A stretch of DNA of 64,000 nucleotides from positions 232,551 to 296,550 of IMG/VR virus record IMGVR_UViG_3300032046_000001, one strand, 5' to 3'. Positions 53,507 to 62,983 of the stretch are shown here, in pieces. Every line of letters begins with the position of its first letter. Within the stretch, counting starts at the first letter, position 1. The notes beneath the pieces were generated by a model. It had not been told where the DNA came from, ran no database searches, and was given only the letters and a program-made list of their open reading frames with translations. The stretch is from a virus. The translations under genes were made by a program, and so were the position numbers.

Positions 53507-54490
53507 TTAATTTCTCTTATCTGCATGGATTAGATCATTATAATCGTATGCAGATGTCATGATACAACTCGTCCAATTACATCCCTCACAAACTTTATTT
53601 TGGTCATATTGTAAATTATTTTTCAATTCATCCAGATTCATTAAATATTCATCAATTGTCATTGATGGTGTTTTCAATCCTCTGATTCTTAAACATAACC
53701 TAACCATACCATCTGCATCGATAACAATATTATCCAGTGATTGAACATGGCATTTGAAATTATAGGGTAAATTTTCATATAATATCTTCAAACTTTGAGG
53801 CATATGAATATTATAGTTTTTTGCCTGTTCTAATATTTCTTTCAATTCAGGTGTTTTGTGGACTATCAAGTCGCTATTTTTTTCTATTCCAGCAAAATCA
53901 TAATATTTATTTTTATAAGCATCAATAAAAGATATTACACTATTGATACCATGACCAGTTAAAAGTTCCAATGTTTTAATTAAATATTTATAATTTCTGC
54001 TATCACATGTTACTTCCGCAACAGGATCTTTTATTCTGTCTTTATATTTTAATAAACAATTCAATCCATAGAGACTTTTAAAATATCTGTCCTTATCATA
54101 CTGTTCACTGAATATTATGGGGTCGATTGAAGTTGTAAAACCCATTACTTCTCCAACTTCTGAAAAAAATCGATCTAATAAATCTGTACATGTACCATTA
54201 GAAATTATCGTGTATAAAATACTGTTTTCATTACAGTATTTTATAATATCAATTAAGTCATTATGAAGTAATGGTTCACCTCCCATAAAAATATGAAAAC
54301 ATTCTGGATTATTAATTTTCATCAAGTCCAGTATTTTCACTATATTAATATATTTAATTTGATACTTATTAAAATAATAAATATTTGGATATGGAGCATC
54401 GAGATAATATTTTGCAATCCTACAATACTCACAGCTTAAATTACATTGTCTATTCAAAAACCAAGTCATGACCTTTATATCTTTTATCAT
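53507..54490 (-). CDS. radical SAM enzyme with a C-terminal Cys-rich (SPASM/twitch-like) region
   Basis: NRQCNLSCEYC. MGGEPLL. ISNGT. C-terminal CLRIRG...CEGCNWTSC. Confidence 0.7.
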   Translation of the reverse strand: MIKDIKVMTWFLNRQCNLSCEYCRIAKYYLDAPYPNIYYFNKYQIKYINIVKILDLMKINNPECFHIFMGGEPLLHNDLIDIIKYCNENSILYTIISNGTCTDLLDRFFSEVGEVMGFTTSIDPIIFSEQYDKDRYFKSLYGLNCLLKYKDRIKDPVAEVTCDSRNYKYLIKTLELLTGHGINSVISFIDAYKNKYYDFAGIEKNSDLIVHKTPELKEILEQAKNYNIHMPQSLKILYENLPYNFKCHVQSLDNIVIDADGMVRLCLRIRGLKTPSMTIDEYLMNLDELKNNLQYDQNKVCEGCNWTSCIMTSAYDYNDLIHADKRN

Positions 54491-54545
54491 TTTAACTCCA
54501 AATAAAATAAAAACATTTAATTTTTTTTAAAAAAATTAAAACATC

Positions 54546-54581
54546 AAATAAGGAGAGAGAATAAGTTCTCTCTCCTTATTT
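54546..54581 (-). terminator. rho-independent terminator (14-16 bp stem)
   Basis: aaataaggagagag-aataagtt-ctctctccttattt. On the - strand it is followed by gatgttttaattttttt. Lies 3' of the 54603 gene. Confidence 0.55.
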
Positions 54582-54602
54582 AGCCACCATCATCGGAACA
54601 TC

Positions 54603-54821
54603 CTACTTCTTCTTAGTCTTTTCTCGTGGGAAATAGGCGGGTGATTGTAGATAATCCTTCATCCAGTGATTTCTTTCAGCCTTCTGGAAGTTCTGATACT
54701 GATCATAATTCATGCCATAATTATGATAATACTCGGCATCCCGCTCCAATTTGTTTTGACCACAACCAAATATAGGCATAAATAACAAAACACATACAAT
54801 ACATATGAAATAATTTTTCAT
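54603..54821 (-). CDS. small lipoprotein (start chosen at the internal Met that has an SD and a lipobox)
   Basis: AGGAGAAA SD, then MKNYFICIVCVLLFMPIFGC (lipobox IFGC). The ORF track extends it to 54869. Confidence 0.45.
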   Translation of the reverse strand: MKNYFICIVCVLLFMPIFGCGQNKLERDAEYYHNYGMNYDQYQNFQKAERNHWMKDYLQSPAYFPREKTKKK

Positions 54822-54900
54822 AAATTTTCTCCTATAAAGGGAAGGAAAATATTTCTCCTTCCCAGTCAATAAATCTGGTTGATGGTCTGATCAATCAGAA

Positions 54901-55896
54901 TTAAAAGGTGTATGTCAAAGCACCAATGCTCTGGTTCTGACTAAGTTGCCAATCGGCATAGTGTGTCAGTTCGAGGTCGAGATTTTTGATTCCAGTTGGT
55001 AAAGTAATCGCTACTGCATGACCATTATCGAATGGGAAATCAATATCAGCCATTATTGATTTCGAATCAATTTCTCGATAATTATAGTCAACTGTTACCT
55101 CACCTATTCCTAACTTGGCACCAGCCAACCAGGACACAACATTATCACCAACAGTCACAGCATAATCACCGTATATAGATGATGTATCATAGCCGATTTC
55201 AGCCATTGCCTCCCTATAGGCATTCCCTTCATAGAAATCATAATATCCGACTGCTCCAACAATATATGCCTTATCGCCGATCTGGATGCCGATCTGACCA
55301 CCATTCATAACATCATTGAAATATCCACCAGTGGCAAAACACGAAAGAGTCCGGTCATCATTAACAGCGAAATAGTTGGATGCAACACCTTCTCCACGAA
55401 AGACATCAGTATCGAACAAAAGACCAGAATCACCAGGAGTCTGAAATGGTAATTCGCTTTTACCGAGATGTAATTCAAGACCTGGAAACAAATCCGGGGT
55501 AATATTCAAATTGGCAACATCAATCATGGCATCATCTTGTTGTTGATCACCAACTTGTTGGGTTCCAGTATTAAGTCGAAAATACAAATCGGCCTGATTA
55601 TCCAAAGCAATACCGAGGCCAAACCGGATGCGATAATCCTGGGAATATTCATTGAGTTGGTGATCATACAATGTGCGATAACGGGCATCACCATCAACAA
55701 AGAATTTAGAAGGATCTGTAACGCCGGGATTTTCTCTCTCGAAAATTTCCCACTCTTCCTCAGCGGTTTCAGCATAGACGGTATCCTCAGTTCTGAGACT
55801 GGTGGTTGTACCTTCTTCATAGGTGTTGAAAGCATAGACATTGATATGAGCAAAGAGCACCAACAATAAAACAAACACGACATAATACTTTTTCAT
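54901..55896 (-). CDS. outer-membrane beta-barrel protein (signal peptide, C-terminal Phe)
   Basis: N-terminus MKKYYVVFVLLLVLFAHINVYA. Alternating amphipathic strands. Ends ...IGALTYTF. Confidence 0.5.
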   Translation of the reverse strand: MKKYYVVFVLLLVLFAHINVYAFNTYEEGTTTSLRTEDTVYAETAEEEWEIFERENPGVTDPSKFFVDGDARYRTLYDHQLNEYSQDYRIRFGLGIALDNQADLYFRLNTGTQQVGDQQQDDAMIDVANLNITPDLFPGLELHLGKSELPFQTPGDSGLLFDTDVFRGEGVASNYFAVNDDRTLSCFATGGYFNDVMNGGQIGIQIGDKAYIVGAVGYYDFYEGNAYREAMAEIGYDTSSIYGDYAVTVGDNVVSWLAGAKLGIGEVTVDYNYREIDSKSIMADIDFPFDNGHAVAITLPTGIKNLDLELTHYADWQLSQNQSIGALTYTF

Positions 55897-55973
55897 AGTT
55901 TTTTCCTTTCGAGTAAAATAGATTTAACATCAATTTAAAAACTTGGTATCAAATATCAATTTTTAAATTATTT

Positions 55974-56246
55974 TCACCTCCTTTCAAAAAGATCCTCATA
56001 AATTTCATCCTCAGTATCACCAACTGGTAAATGTGGTGGACGTGATGTTGATCGTAACTTCTGACAAACATCCTGATAAAATTTTTGTTTCCATGCTAAC
56101 TCTTGATCTTCTTCGTCACGTTGACGAGACTTAACGGCTTCTGCTGTCTCATGAATAACACCAGACAATCCCTCTTCTAATTCAAAACTTCCATCTTCGG
56201 TTATTATAATAACCATTATATTATCTCCCATACAAAATTTTGACAA
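55974..56246 (-). CDS. hypothetical acidic protein (90 aa)
   Basis: ORF preceded by the promoter-like 20-mer. Confidence 0.4.
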   Translation of the reverse strand: MSKFCMGDNIMVIIITEDGSFELEEGLSGVIHETAEAVKSRQRDEEDQELAWKQKFYQDVCQKLRSTSRPPHLPVGDTEDEIYEDLFERR

Positions 56247-56275
56247 AGAAACGGTTTTATAATATCACATATTAA

Positions 56276-56295
56276 TATATATAATTCACTTAGGT
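56276..56295 (-). promoter_or_regulatory. conserved promoter-like 20-mer TCACATATTAATATATATAA, 30 nt upstream of the 56246 start
   Basis: Exact copy. Confidence 0.5.
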
Positions 56296-56300
56296 CATAA

Positions 56301-56807
56301 TCAGAAAAATATGAATTTTTTCTTCTTTTTATCAATATTGTTGGCTATTATATCAGAATAGATATACATGTCTTTGGCAACAATGACATCTAACTTCTTT
56401 TTGAAAATACCATCATATTTTTCATATCCAATAACAATCACATTTTTTAACTTTACTTTGGTGAGTATATACATCACACTATTTATTCTTCGATATTTAT
56501 TAAATTCCAATTTAGCATCTTTTAAATTTGTATAGCAGTGATATCCTGATCGATAATGTCTATCAAAATTATTTTCAGGTTGATATCCAAAACCAGGAAC
56601 ATATGATCGTTCTTCACCACTACACAATAATATATTTTTTTCATCGTGATACCAACAGCCTAAATAATATTCACCATATAGATATGGAGAAGCTAATGAA
56701 TGTCCATCATACCAAAAAATTTTATATCCCTCAGTTTTATCATCTGAATAATAAGGATCGAATGATTTAGTTATTTTATAAAGACACATTCTATCAACTA
56801 ATATCAA
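56301..56807 (-). CDS. hypothetical protein (168 aa)
   Basis: ORF. Confidence 0.45.
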   Translation of the reverse strand: MILVDRMCLYKITKSFDPYYSDDKTEGYKIFWYDGHSLASPYLYGEYYLGCWYHDEKNILLCSGEERSYVPGFGYQPENNFDRHYRSGYHCYTNLKDAKLEFNKYRRINSVMYILTKVKLKNVIVIGYEKYDGIFKKKLDVIVAKDMYIYSDIIANNIDKKKKKFIFF

Positions 56808-57135
56808 TCAAATAATTTCCAGGTATAAGACATCTATTATAGACAAGACATTCTAATATCCATTCAGTCTTAATACCACAATAACCTGTCTCTTCTTCAA
56901 TAGTATTCTCATCATTGGTTTGTAAAAAATATTTCATTTTTTCCATGAATCTTTTAAAGGATGGTTCATCTTTTTCGGTTTTACAATCATTCCCAATATT
57001 TTCATATAATTGATATGTGTTTTTATGAAAATAATCGATATATTCCGTTATATCAAATTTATTATTCCCAAAATCATATTTCATGATACTATCAATATCT
57101 TTATGGTGAATAATAATAACTTCTAATTCTTGCAT
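56794..57135 (-). CDS. hypothetical protein (113 aa)
   Basis: ORF. Confidence 0.45.
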   Translation of the reverse strand: MQELEVIIIHHKDIDSIMKYDFGNNKFDITEYIDYFHKNTYQLYENIGNDCKTEKDEPSFKRFMEKMKYFLQTNDENTIEEETGYCGIKTEWILECLVYNRCLIPGNYLIDIS

Positions 57136-57147
57136 AATTTATTCTCC

Positions 57148-57405
57148 TCAAATAATAATATAATTTCCAGCTTCAATAACTTCTTTATGACATAAATCAT
57201 TTAATACTTCTTCAACACGATGTTCACATGATCCAGTCTCAATCACTTCTTTTATACATCGATCGAATATCATCTTACCATTAATATTTGGAAAATATCG
57301 TCGAAAAGTTGCGATTCTAATATTTTTGCAGTATATTGTTTTAGTAATATTTTCTAATTCTTCCATTGTAAGTTCAATTACTTCAACTTTTCTCATCAGT
57401 AACAT
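57148..57405 (-). CDS. hypothetical protein (85 aa)
   Basis: ORF. Confidence 0.4.
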   Translation of the reverse strand: MLLMRKVEVIELTMEELENITKTIYCKNIRIATFRRYFPNINGKMIFDRCIKEVIETGSCEHRVEEVLNDLCHKEVIEAGNYIII

Positions 57406-57409
57406 CCTT

Positions 57410-59608
57410 TCACAATTTTAGTTCTTCATCAGCCTCAATCTGGTCGATATGTCGATGACTTATTAGAAACATACATTTATTTTTTGTTAAATTTTTCAAT
57501 ACTTTAGATACTCGATAAATATTCTCATCATCAAGTGTATCAAATATCTCATCAAATAATAATAAATTAAATTTAATATCTTGCACACTACTTTGTAAAT
57601 CACAAAGAGTCAGAATTATGGCAATATCTAAAATTCTAACTTGACCTGCTGAAAAATTTTCTCTTGAATTAGATAGTGTAACATTATCAAGTACATTCAA
57701 ACTTATTTTATCACAATACTCATCAGAACTCTTTAATTTTTTCAATGTATCAAATGTGACAATATATCTACCAAATGAAATATCATTTAAATACTGAGCA
57801 ATACGTGTATTCATAAATGGAATTGATTCATCAATCAACATACTTTCAATTCCACTTTTTGAAAACGCATCTTTCCAGAATAATAGAACATCATTCTTCT
57901 TTTTTAATTCAATATTTTTTGATTTTAAATTTTCAATTTCAGTCATTGTTTCTTTTATCTTCTTATAACATGACTTCAATCTACTATCATCATATTTTTC
58001 AGATTTTTTTAATTCAATTAATTCTTGATATTTTTTAATATCAGCTTCAGTTGATATTATTTGATCTTTCAATTCTTGAATTTTAAGAACAATACGATTC
58101 AACATATCTTTTTCTAATTCAAAATCTTTAATTTTTTCAGTTAGTTCTGACCTTTGTTGTTTTATATCTTGAGTTTTATTTGTGACTGCTTCGTTCGCTA
58201 ATTTCTGTAGTTCCTGAAGTGAATTTTTAAAATTTAAATCAAGTTCTTTTATATCTGCTTCAAATTTTGATTTTAAATTATCTGTCTCACTTTTTATAGT
58301 AGTAAACTGACTATTTAAATCTTCTGATTTTTTCAACCATTCACTTTTTAATTGTCCGATTTTTAAATATTGAACTTTATTCTCTTCTTCTAAATTTTTA
58401 ATTTTATCTTTAAGAGATTCAATATATTGATTTAACTTTGTTTTTACATCTTGGTCAATTACCTGTTGACATGTTGGACACACAGACACAGTATTTCTAA
58501 AAATATCATTAAAAAATTTTTGTCTCTCTTCATCTAAATTTATAATAGTTTGTTTACTAAATTGAATTGAATTCTCTATGGTTTTAATTTCATTACTAAC
58601 AGAAGCCTCATCTAATTTTTTATTAGATCTAATTATATTTGACTGATCATTCAATTTTGATAACGTAGAATTATAATCATCGGTTAATTTAATCTTCTTT
58701 TGACTACGAAAACTATCCATCTCGTATTGTTTATTCTGAAGTTTTATTTTGATTTGTTCAATGATATTATTTAATTGAGAATCTAATTCTAATAATTGTC
58801 GATTATGATTGGATAATCTATCATTAACTAACTCTAATTTAATATTCACTTCATTATCATTTAATTCGGATAAATTATGTTTCAGTTCAACTCCACGACT
58901 GTTCAATCTTATAATATCATTCTCATATTCTCTGACTTTATTTTCTTTTAACTTACCAAATTCGTCTTTTTCTTTATTTAACAATAGAATATGATTTTTC
59001 AGGTCTTCAATTATATAAGTTTTCGCTGAATTTTGATTTTCAATTCCAGTTGATTCTTTTTGAAGTAATTCTATAAGTTCAGATGATTTCTTGTTATATG
59101 TGACATAATCATCTAATTTTAATATTTTTCTGAAAATTTCTTTTTGATCAGTATCACTTAATTCAGTAAAGAAAGTTTTATTTTTCTGACCAAATAACAA
59201 AGTACTGAAAAATAATTTTTTAGGAATCAAGATTTTTTCTAATTCGGCAACTACTTCTTGACTTCCTCTTTTATAAAGAACACCATCTCTTGTTAAATGT
59301 GCAGTATCTCCAAGTTTTGTATGACCATAATATCGTTCAGCTTTATAATGGGTATCATTAATATCAAATTCAACATAGGTATAACAATCTTTCTGGGTTC
59401 GATTATTAATGGCACTTTTTCCTCTTATACCTTTACTTGTAGCACCAAATAACGTGAAAGGAATTGAATCAAATATTGTAGTTTTACCAATACCATTCGG
59501 ACCATGAATCAAAATAAGTTTATTATTTTGAATTTCAATTTCAAATAATTCATCTCCATAACAACAAAAATTTTTAAATCCGATTTTTTTAAAATTAACT
59601 TCTTTCAT
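57410..59608 (-). CDS. Rad50/SbcC-like recombination ATPase (T4 gp46-like)
   Basis: Walker A LIHGPNGIGKTTIFDSI. Long central coiled coil with a CPTC zinc hook. Signature FSAGQ. Walker B LLLFDEIFDTLD. Confidence 0.75.
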   Translation of the reverse strand: MKEVNFKKIGFKNFCCYGDELFEIEIQNNKLILIHGPNGIGKTTIFDSIPFTLFGATSKGIRGKSAINNRTQKDCYTYVEFDINDTHYKAERYYGHTKLGDTAHLTRDGVLYKRGSQEVVAELEKILIPKKLFFSTLLFGQKNKTFFTELSDTDQKEIFRKILKLDDYVTYNKKSSELIELLQKESTGIENQNSAKTYIIEDLKNHILLLNKEKDEFGKLKENKVREYENDIIRLNSRGVELKHNLSELNDNEVNIKLELVNDRLSNHNRQLLELDSQLNNIIEQIKIKLQNKQYEMDSFRSQKKIKLTDDYNSTLSKLNDQSNIIRSNKKLDEASVSNEIKTIENSIQFSKQTIINLDEERQKFFNDIFRNTVSVCPTCQQVIDQDVKTKLNQYIESLKDKIKNLEEENKVQYLKIGQLKSEWLKKSEDLNSQFTTIKSETDNLKSKFEADIKELDLNFKNSLQELQKLANEAVTNKTQDIKQQRSELTEKIKDFELEKDMLNRIVLKIQELKDQIISTEADIKKYQELIELKKSEKYDDSRLKSCYKKIKETMTEIENLKSKNIELKKKNDVLLFWKDAFSKSGIESMLIDESIPFMNTRIAQYLNDISFGRYIVTFDTLKKLKSSDEYCDKISLNVLDNVTLSNSRENFSAGQVRILDIAIILTLCDLQSSVQDIKFNLLLFDEIFDTLDDENIYRVSKVLKNLTKNKCMFLISHRHIDQIEADEELKL

Positions 59609-60149
59609 TACTCTTCCTTAATTTTTTAAAAAAATAATCTTTTATTAAATTATTATCAATAATAGATCTTTCTTTATTTTTTTGCCATGTTATATACCAA
59701 GGACCATCTTCATCATGAGTCATATTTGATAATTGAATTCCTGTAAATTTATCGAAAGTTTTATATATCTCATTTAAAAATGATATTTTAAACTCATCAT
59801 AAATCATTGGTATGAATGGTTTTCCTCCATCATAATCAATAGCATAACGAGTAATCGGATCATTTCCAAATTCAGACACAAATTCAAAATATATTTGTGG
59901 TATTACAATACCATATGACCATGCTTCAATATGTGAATTAAATAAGATATCATTTTTGATTGCTAAATAATATCCATAGGATAAATATAATAAATTTTTT
60001 AATTTCATAAGATCTACACCAAAACTATAAAGGTGCCAAAAATAATTAGCTATGGCTTTGACATTTAAGGAAGAATCTACAATTGGAATACAATCACACT
60101 TTTCCAAAAGGTAGATTCTCTCTTTTAAATAATTATAGTGTTTTATCAT
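59595..60149 (-). CDS. hypothetical protein (184 aa)
   Basis: ORF. Confidence 0.45.
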   Translation of the reverse strand: MIKHYNYLKERIYLLEKCDCIPIVDSSLNVKAIANYFWHLYSFGVDLMKLKNLLYLSYGYYLAIKNDILFNSHIEAWSYGIVIPQIYFEFVSEFGNDPITRYAIDYDGGKPFIPMIYDEFKISFLNEIYKTFDKFTGIQLSNMTHDEDGPWYITWQKNKERSIIDNNLIKDYFFKKLRKSNERS

Positions 60150-60619
60150 TTTCGTTGAAATATTATTGTTCCTCTTGATGGTCCATTTAGTATAGTTGGT
60201 AAATATGAAAAATCAAATATAATATCAGAAAACTTTTTTCGAATATCACATTCATAATCAAGTAATTTATCCATTAATTCATCATCATATTGATTAATAT
60301 CTAAATATATTTTTATTGATATTTGAGAATCATATTCATGACATTGAACAATCTTGATGACTTTCTCAGATTTAATAAATTCAGCAATAATTTCTTGTAA
60401 AATCTCATCATCCGTTGATATTTCTTCTATTGTTATTCGAAAAGGTGCAAATCTTAATATTTCAATGCCACATTCTTTACAACGGACTATCTCTTTTTTA
60501 CCTTCTTTGAATGATAAGTAAGACGAAACAAAACACTCATGCCCATTTTGACACAATCCAAACTCGCCATTTATTTCTTTTCTACAATCCACAATTTTCC
60601 ATTGAATATTTTCTTTCAT
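60146..60619 (-). CDS. hypothetical protein with an N-terminal zinc ribbon (157 aa)
   Basis: CQNGHEC...CKECG. Confidence 0.45.
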   Translation of the reverse strand: MKENIQWKIVDCRKEINGEFGLCQNGHECFVSSYLSFKEGKKEIVRCKECGIEILRFAPFRITIEEISTDDEILQEIIAEFIKSEKVIKIVQCHEYDSQISIKIYLDINQYDDELMDKLLDYECDIRKKFSDIIFDFSYLPTILNGPSRGTIIFQRK

Positions 60620-60933
60620 TCAATTTTATTCTCCATAGTTCCATAAATACCGTCATAACTGTGAATATAACCATCGTATATAAAATCAAACAAAAATATG
60701 GTTTCAGCTTTTGTTATATTTTTAAGATGTATTCCATACTTTTGGAAATGATCATCAAAAATTTTTTTTAATCTTGAATTTTTATATTTCCTGGTTTTCA
60801 AATATGACTGAATCTTTTTTGAAAATCTCTCGGCTTTTTCTAAATTATCAAAATCTCTACTACAATGAATAAAACCATTATCTCCAGCACCTGAATTATA
60901 TTGATAACAGATAAAACGTACTTGATATTTCAT
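60616..60933 (-). CDS. hypothetical protein (105 aa)
   Basis: ORF. Confidence 0.4.
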   Translation of the reverse strand: MKYQVRFICYQYNSGAGDNGFIHCSRDFDNLEKAERFSKKIQSYLKTRKYKNSRLKKIFDDHFQKYGIHLKNITKAETIFLFDFIYDGYIHSYDGIYGTMENKIE

Positions 60934-61163
60934 TCAATCTTCTCTAATGGACAATTATCACTAATTATTCTACGATCTGATGTTGGTTTTTTTACTTCTT
61001 CTAAAGTGGCAATTATATCACCATTATTTTCTGGATGATGACATAAAAATTTACTTCTATTATAATTTAAATAATTCATTTCTAAATGACAATAAGGGCA
61101 CTCATCACAAAATTTTTCTATAATCAAATTAATTCTTCTTTTCATACATCCTCCAAATTCCAT
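60930..61163 (-). CDS. hypothetical Cys-rich small protein (77 aa)
   Basis: CDECPYCH...CHHPE. Confidence 0.4.
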   Translation of the reverse strand: MEFGGCMKRRINLIIEKFCDECPYCHLEMNYLNYNRSKFLCHHPENNGDIIATLEEVKKPTSDRRIISDNCPLEKIE

Positions 61164-61305
61164 TTTGATTTTTTCATGATATCACGTATTGGATGACAAT
61201 TACAATCAGGTTTATCTTTAAAATCTGATTGCCATATCCATCGCCATGTTAATAATTTACCACAGTATCCACAAAATAAATATCGTTTTAATTTATTTAT
61301 TATTT

Positions 61306-62226
61306 TCATATATCATCCGTACACGCATTTATAATTTCAAAACCAATAGATAAATAGTTATTCAGTTCACTTTCTGGAATCTCTTTTATTTCTAAATATT
61401 TCTTTAATTTTTCTTCCATTGACATATTGATTGTTAATCCACGATTTGTTATATCTTTGATTGTTTTATCAACAACATTGAATTCATCTTTAATATCATC
61501 GGTATCTACTTTATCTTTTTTGACTATATTAATATGATGACCTTGTTCTTTTAAATACCGAGCTTCATGAATAATTTCATTTTTATTTTCACTAGTGACT
61601 TCAAATTCGTAATGTTTCTTGTATCCCTGCGTTAAAACACTTTCAATTATATCAATATCAGTATCGACAACCAAGAATCGTTTGTCGTCATTTTTCTCAC
61701 CCCAATCCAATTGGATAAGAGATCCGACATAGTACAATCTAATATCATCTCTTATTATTTCTTGGGATTTATGATAATGGGATAATAATACTGTTCCATA
61801 TTTTCCAATTAATTCTGATAATCTAATGTCAGCAATAACACTGATACCAGAATTTAATATTCCTTCATTTAAACCGAAATGTGAAACTAAGTATCTTGCA
61901 GTATTATTTTTGATGACATCAACCATTCCATATGAATATGGAATATACATGATATCACCTATTTTGGTGGGTTTTGAAATTCGAATAACATTTGGTTCAT
62001 TATCAACACATGATAAAGCCGATACTACATCTTCACCACGTCCTGAAAGGTCATGATTACCATCAATTATTGTAAATCTCAAATTTTTATATGATCTGAT
62101 AAAAGATAGGAATATATTCATTGCTAAAGAATGAATAATTGATTTATTATGAAATACATCACCAGAAATAACAATATTTTCAATATTATTATCAACAGCA
62201 TAATTTGCCATTTGATATAATATCAT
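61306..62226 (-). CDS. Mre11/SbcD-like nuclease (calcineurin-like phosphoesterase, T4 gp47-like)
   Basis: VISGDVFHNK. IIDGNHD. SHYH. Confidence 0.75.
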   Translation of the reverse strand: MILYQMANYAVDNNIENIVISGDVFHNKSIIHSLAMNIFLSFIRSYKNLRFTIIDGNHDLSGRGEDVVSALSCVDNEPNVIRISKPTKIGDIMYIPYSYGMVDVIKNNTARYLVSHFGLNEGILNSGISVIADIRLSELIGKYGTVLLSHYHKSQEIIRDDIRLYYVGSLIQLDWGEKNDDKRFLVVDTDIDIIESVLTQGYKKHYEFEVTSENKNEIIHEARYLKEQGHHINIVKKDKVDTDDIKDEFNVVDKTIKDITNRGLTINMSMEEKLKKYLEIKEIPESELNNYLSIGFEIINACTDDI

Positions 62227-62324
62227 ATTGATATCGTGTAATCTCTCTGGTAAATTCGATTCATGATTTATTCTATCATTTGAATATTTACTGAGATGAA
62301 TATCTCCTGTGAATAAAAATTTAA

Positions 62325-62576
62325 TTATTTATCACTCCTTTCATATTTTAAATTATCCATTATATCTAAAATTGAAATTAATTGATTATATATACAATCT
62401 CTTTCTTCTTTTTCAGAATATACTAATTTTATCGGTTGTTGATTCTTATAAAAAATAACTAAATAATATACCCAATAATAACATAATTCTTGTTGTTCTC
62501 GCTCTTCGGCATCTTTTCCGACACACAATAATTCATCATTAATATTTACTATTGATTTTCCATCACTTATATACAA
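62325..62576 (-). CDS. hypothetical protein (83 aa)
   Basis: ORF. Confidence 0.4.
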   Translation of the reverse strand: MYISDGKSIVNINDELLCVGKDAEEREQQELCYYWVYYLVIFYKNQQPIKLVYSEKEERDCIYNQLISILDIMDNLKYERSDK

Positions 62577-62579
62577 TCT

Positions 62580-62774
62580 TTATTCTCCTATTATTTCTAA
62601 ACATCTTTTACATGTCACTTTCGATTTATCTGTAGTAGATGAAATTCTCCTCGCTGTTTTACCACAAAGAGTATTAGGATCTTCTGGACGACATTTCCCT
62701 GAAACCATGTGAACCCATTGATCATAATTTTTTCTCTTCTTTGGAGCGTACAGACTTGGCATTTTTGAAATCAT
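62580..62774 (-). CDS. small zinc-ribbon protein, paralog of 62771..62983
   Basis: CGKTARR...VTCKRCLEII. Confidence 0.4.
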   Translation of the reverse strand: MISKMPSLYAPKKRKNYDQWVHMVSGKCRPEDPNTLCGKTARRISSTTDKSKVTCKRCLEIIGE

Positions 62775-62983
62775 TCTAATTTACCATCTTGTTTTAAAAT
62801 TTCAATACATCTTTCACAAGTGACTTTATCTACAATAAATGTCCTTTTAACTTTCTTCGTTCTGTCACCACAAAGAGTTTTACACAAATAATGATCATAA
62901 TGATCATATGAAGGATAGTGTATTAATTTATAATTACTGTTTTTCACAACATATAAGAGTTTTGTGGGAATTTTTCTTTTCAT
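62771..62983 (-). CDS. small zinc-ribbon protein, paralog of 62580..62774
   Basis: CKTLCGDRT...VTCERCIEIL. Confidence 0.4.
   Translation of the reverse strand: MKRKIPTKLLYVVKNSNYKLIHYPSYDHYDHYLCKTLCGDRTKKVKRTFIVDKVTCERCIEILKQDGKLE

Noticed and set aside
54822-54869. Upstream ATG extension of the lipoprotein ORF (the track starts at 54869).
   Set aside because: The internal Met at 54821 has a proper AGGAGAAA SD and is followed directly by a signal peptide and lipobox. The upstream extension would place 16 charged residues before the signal peptide.
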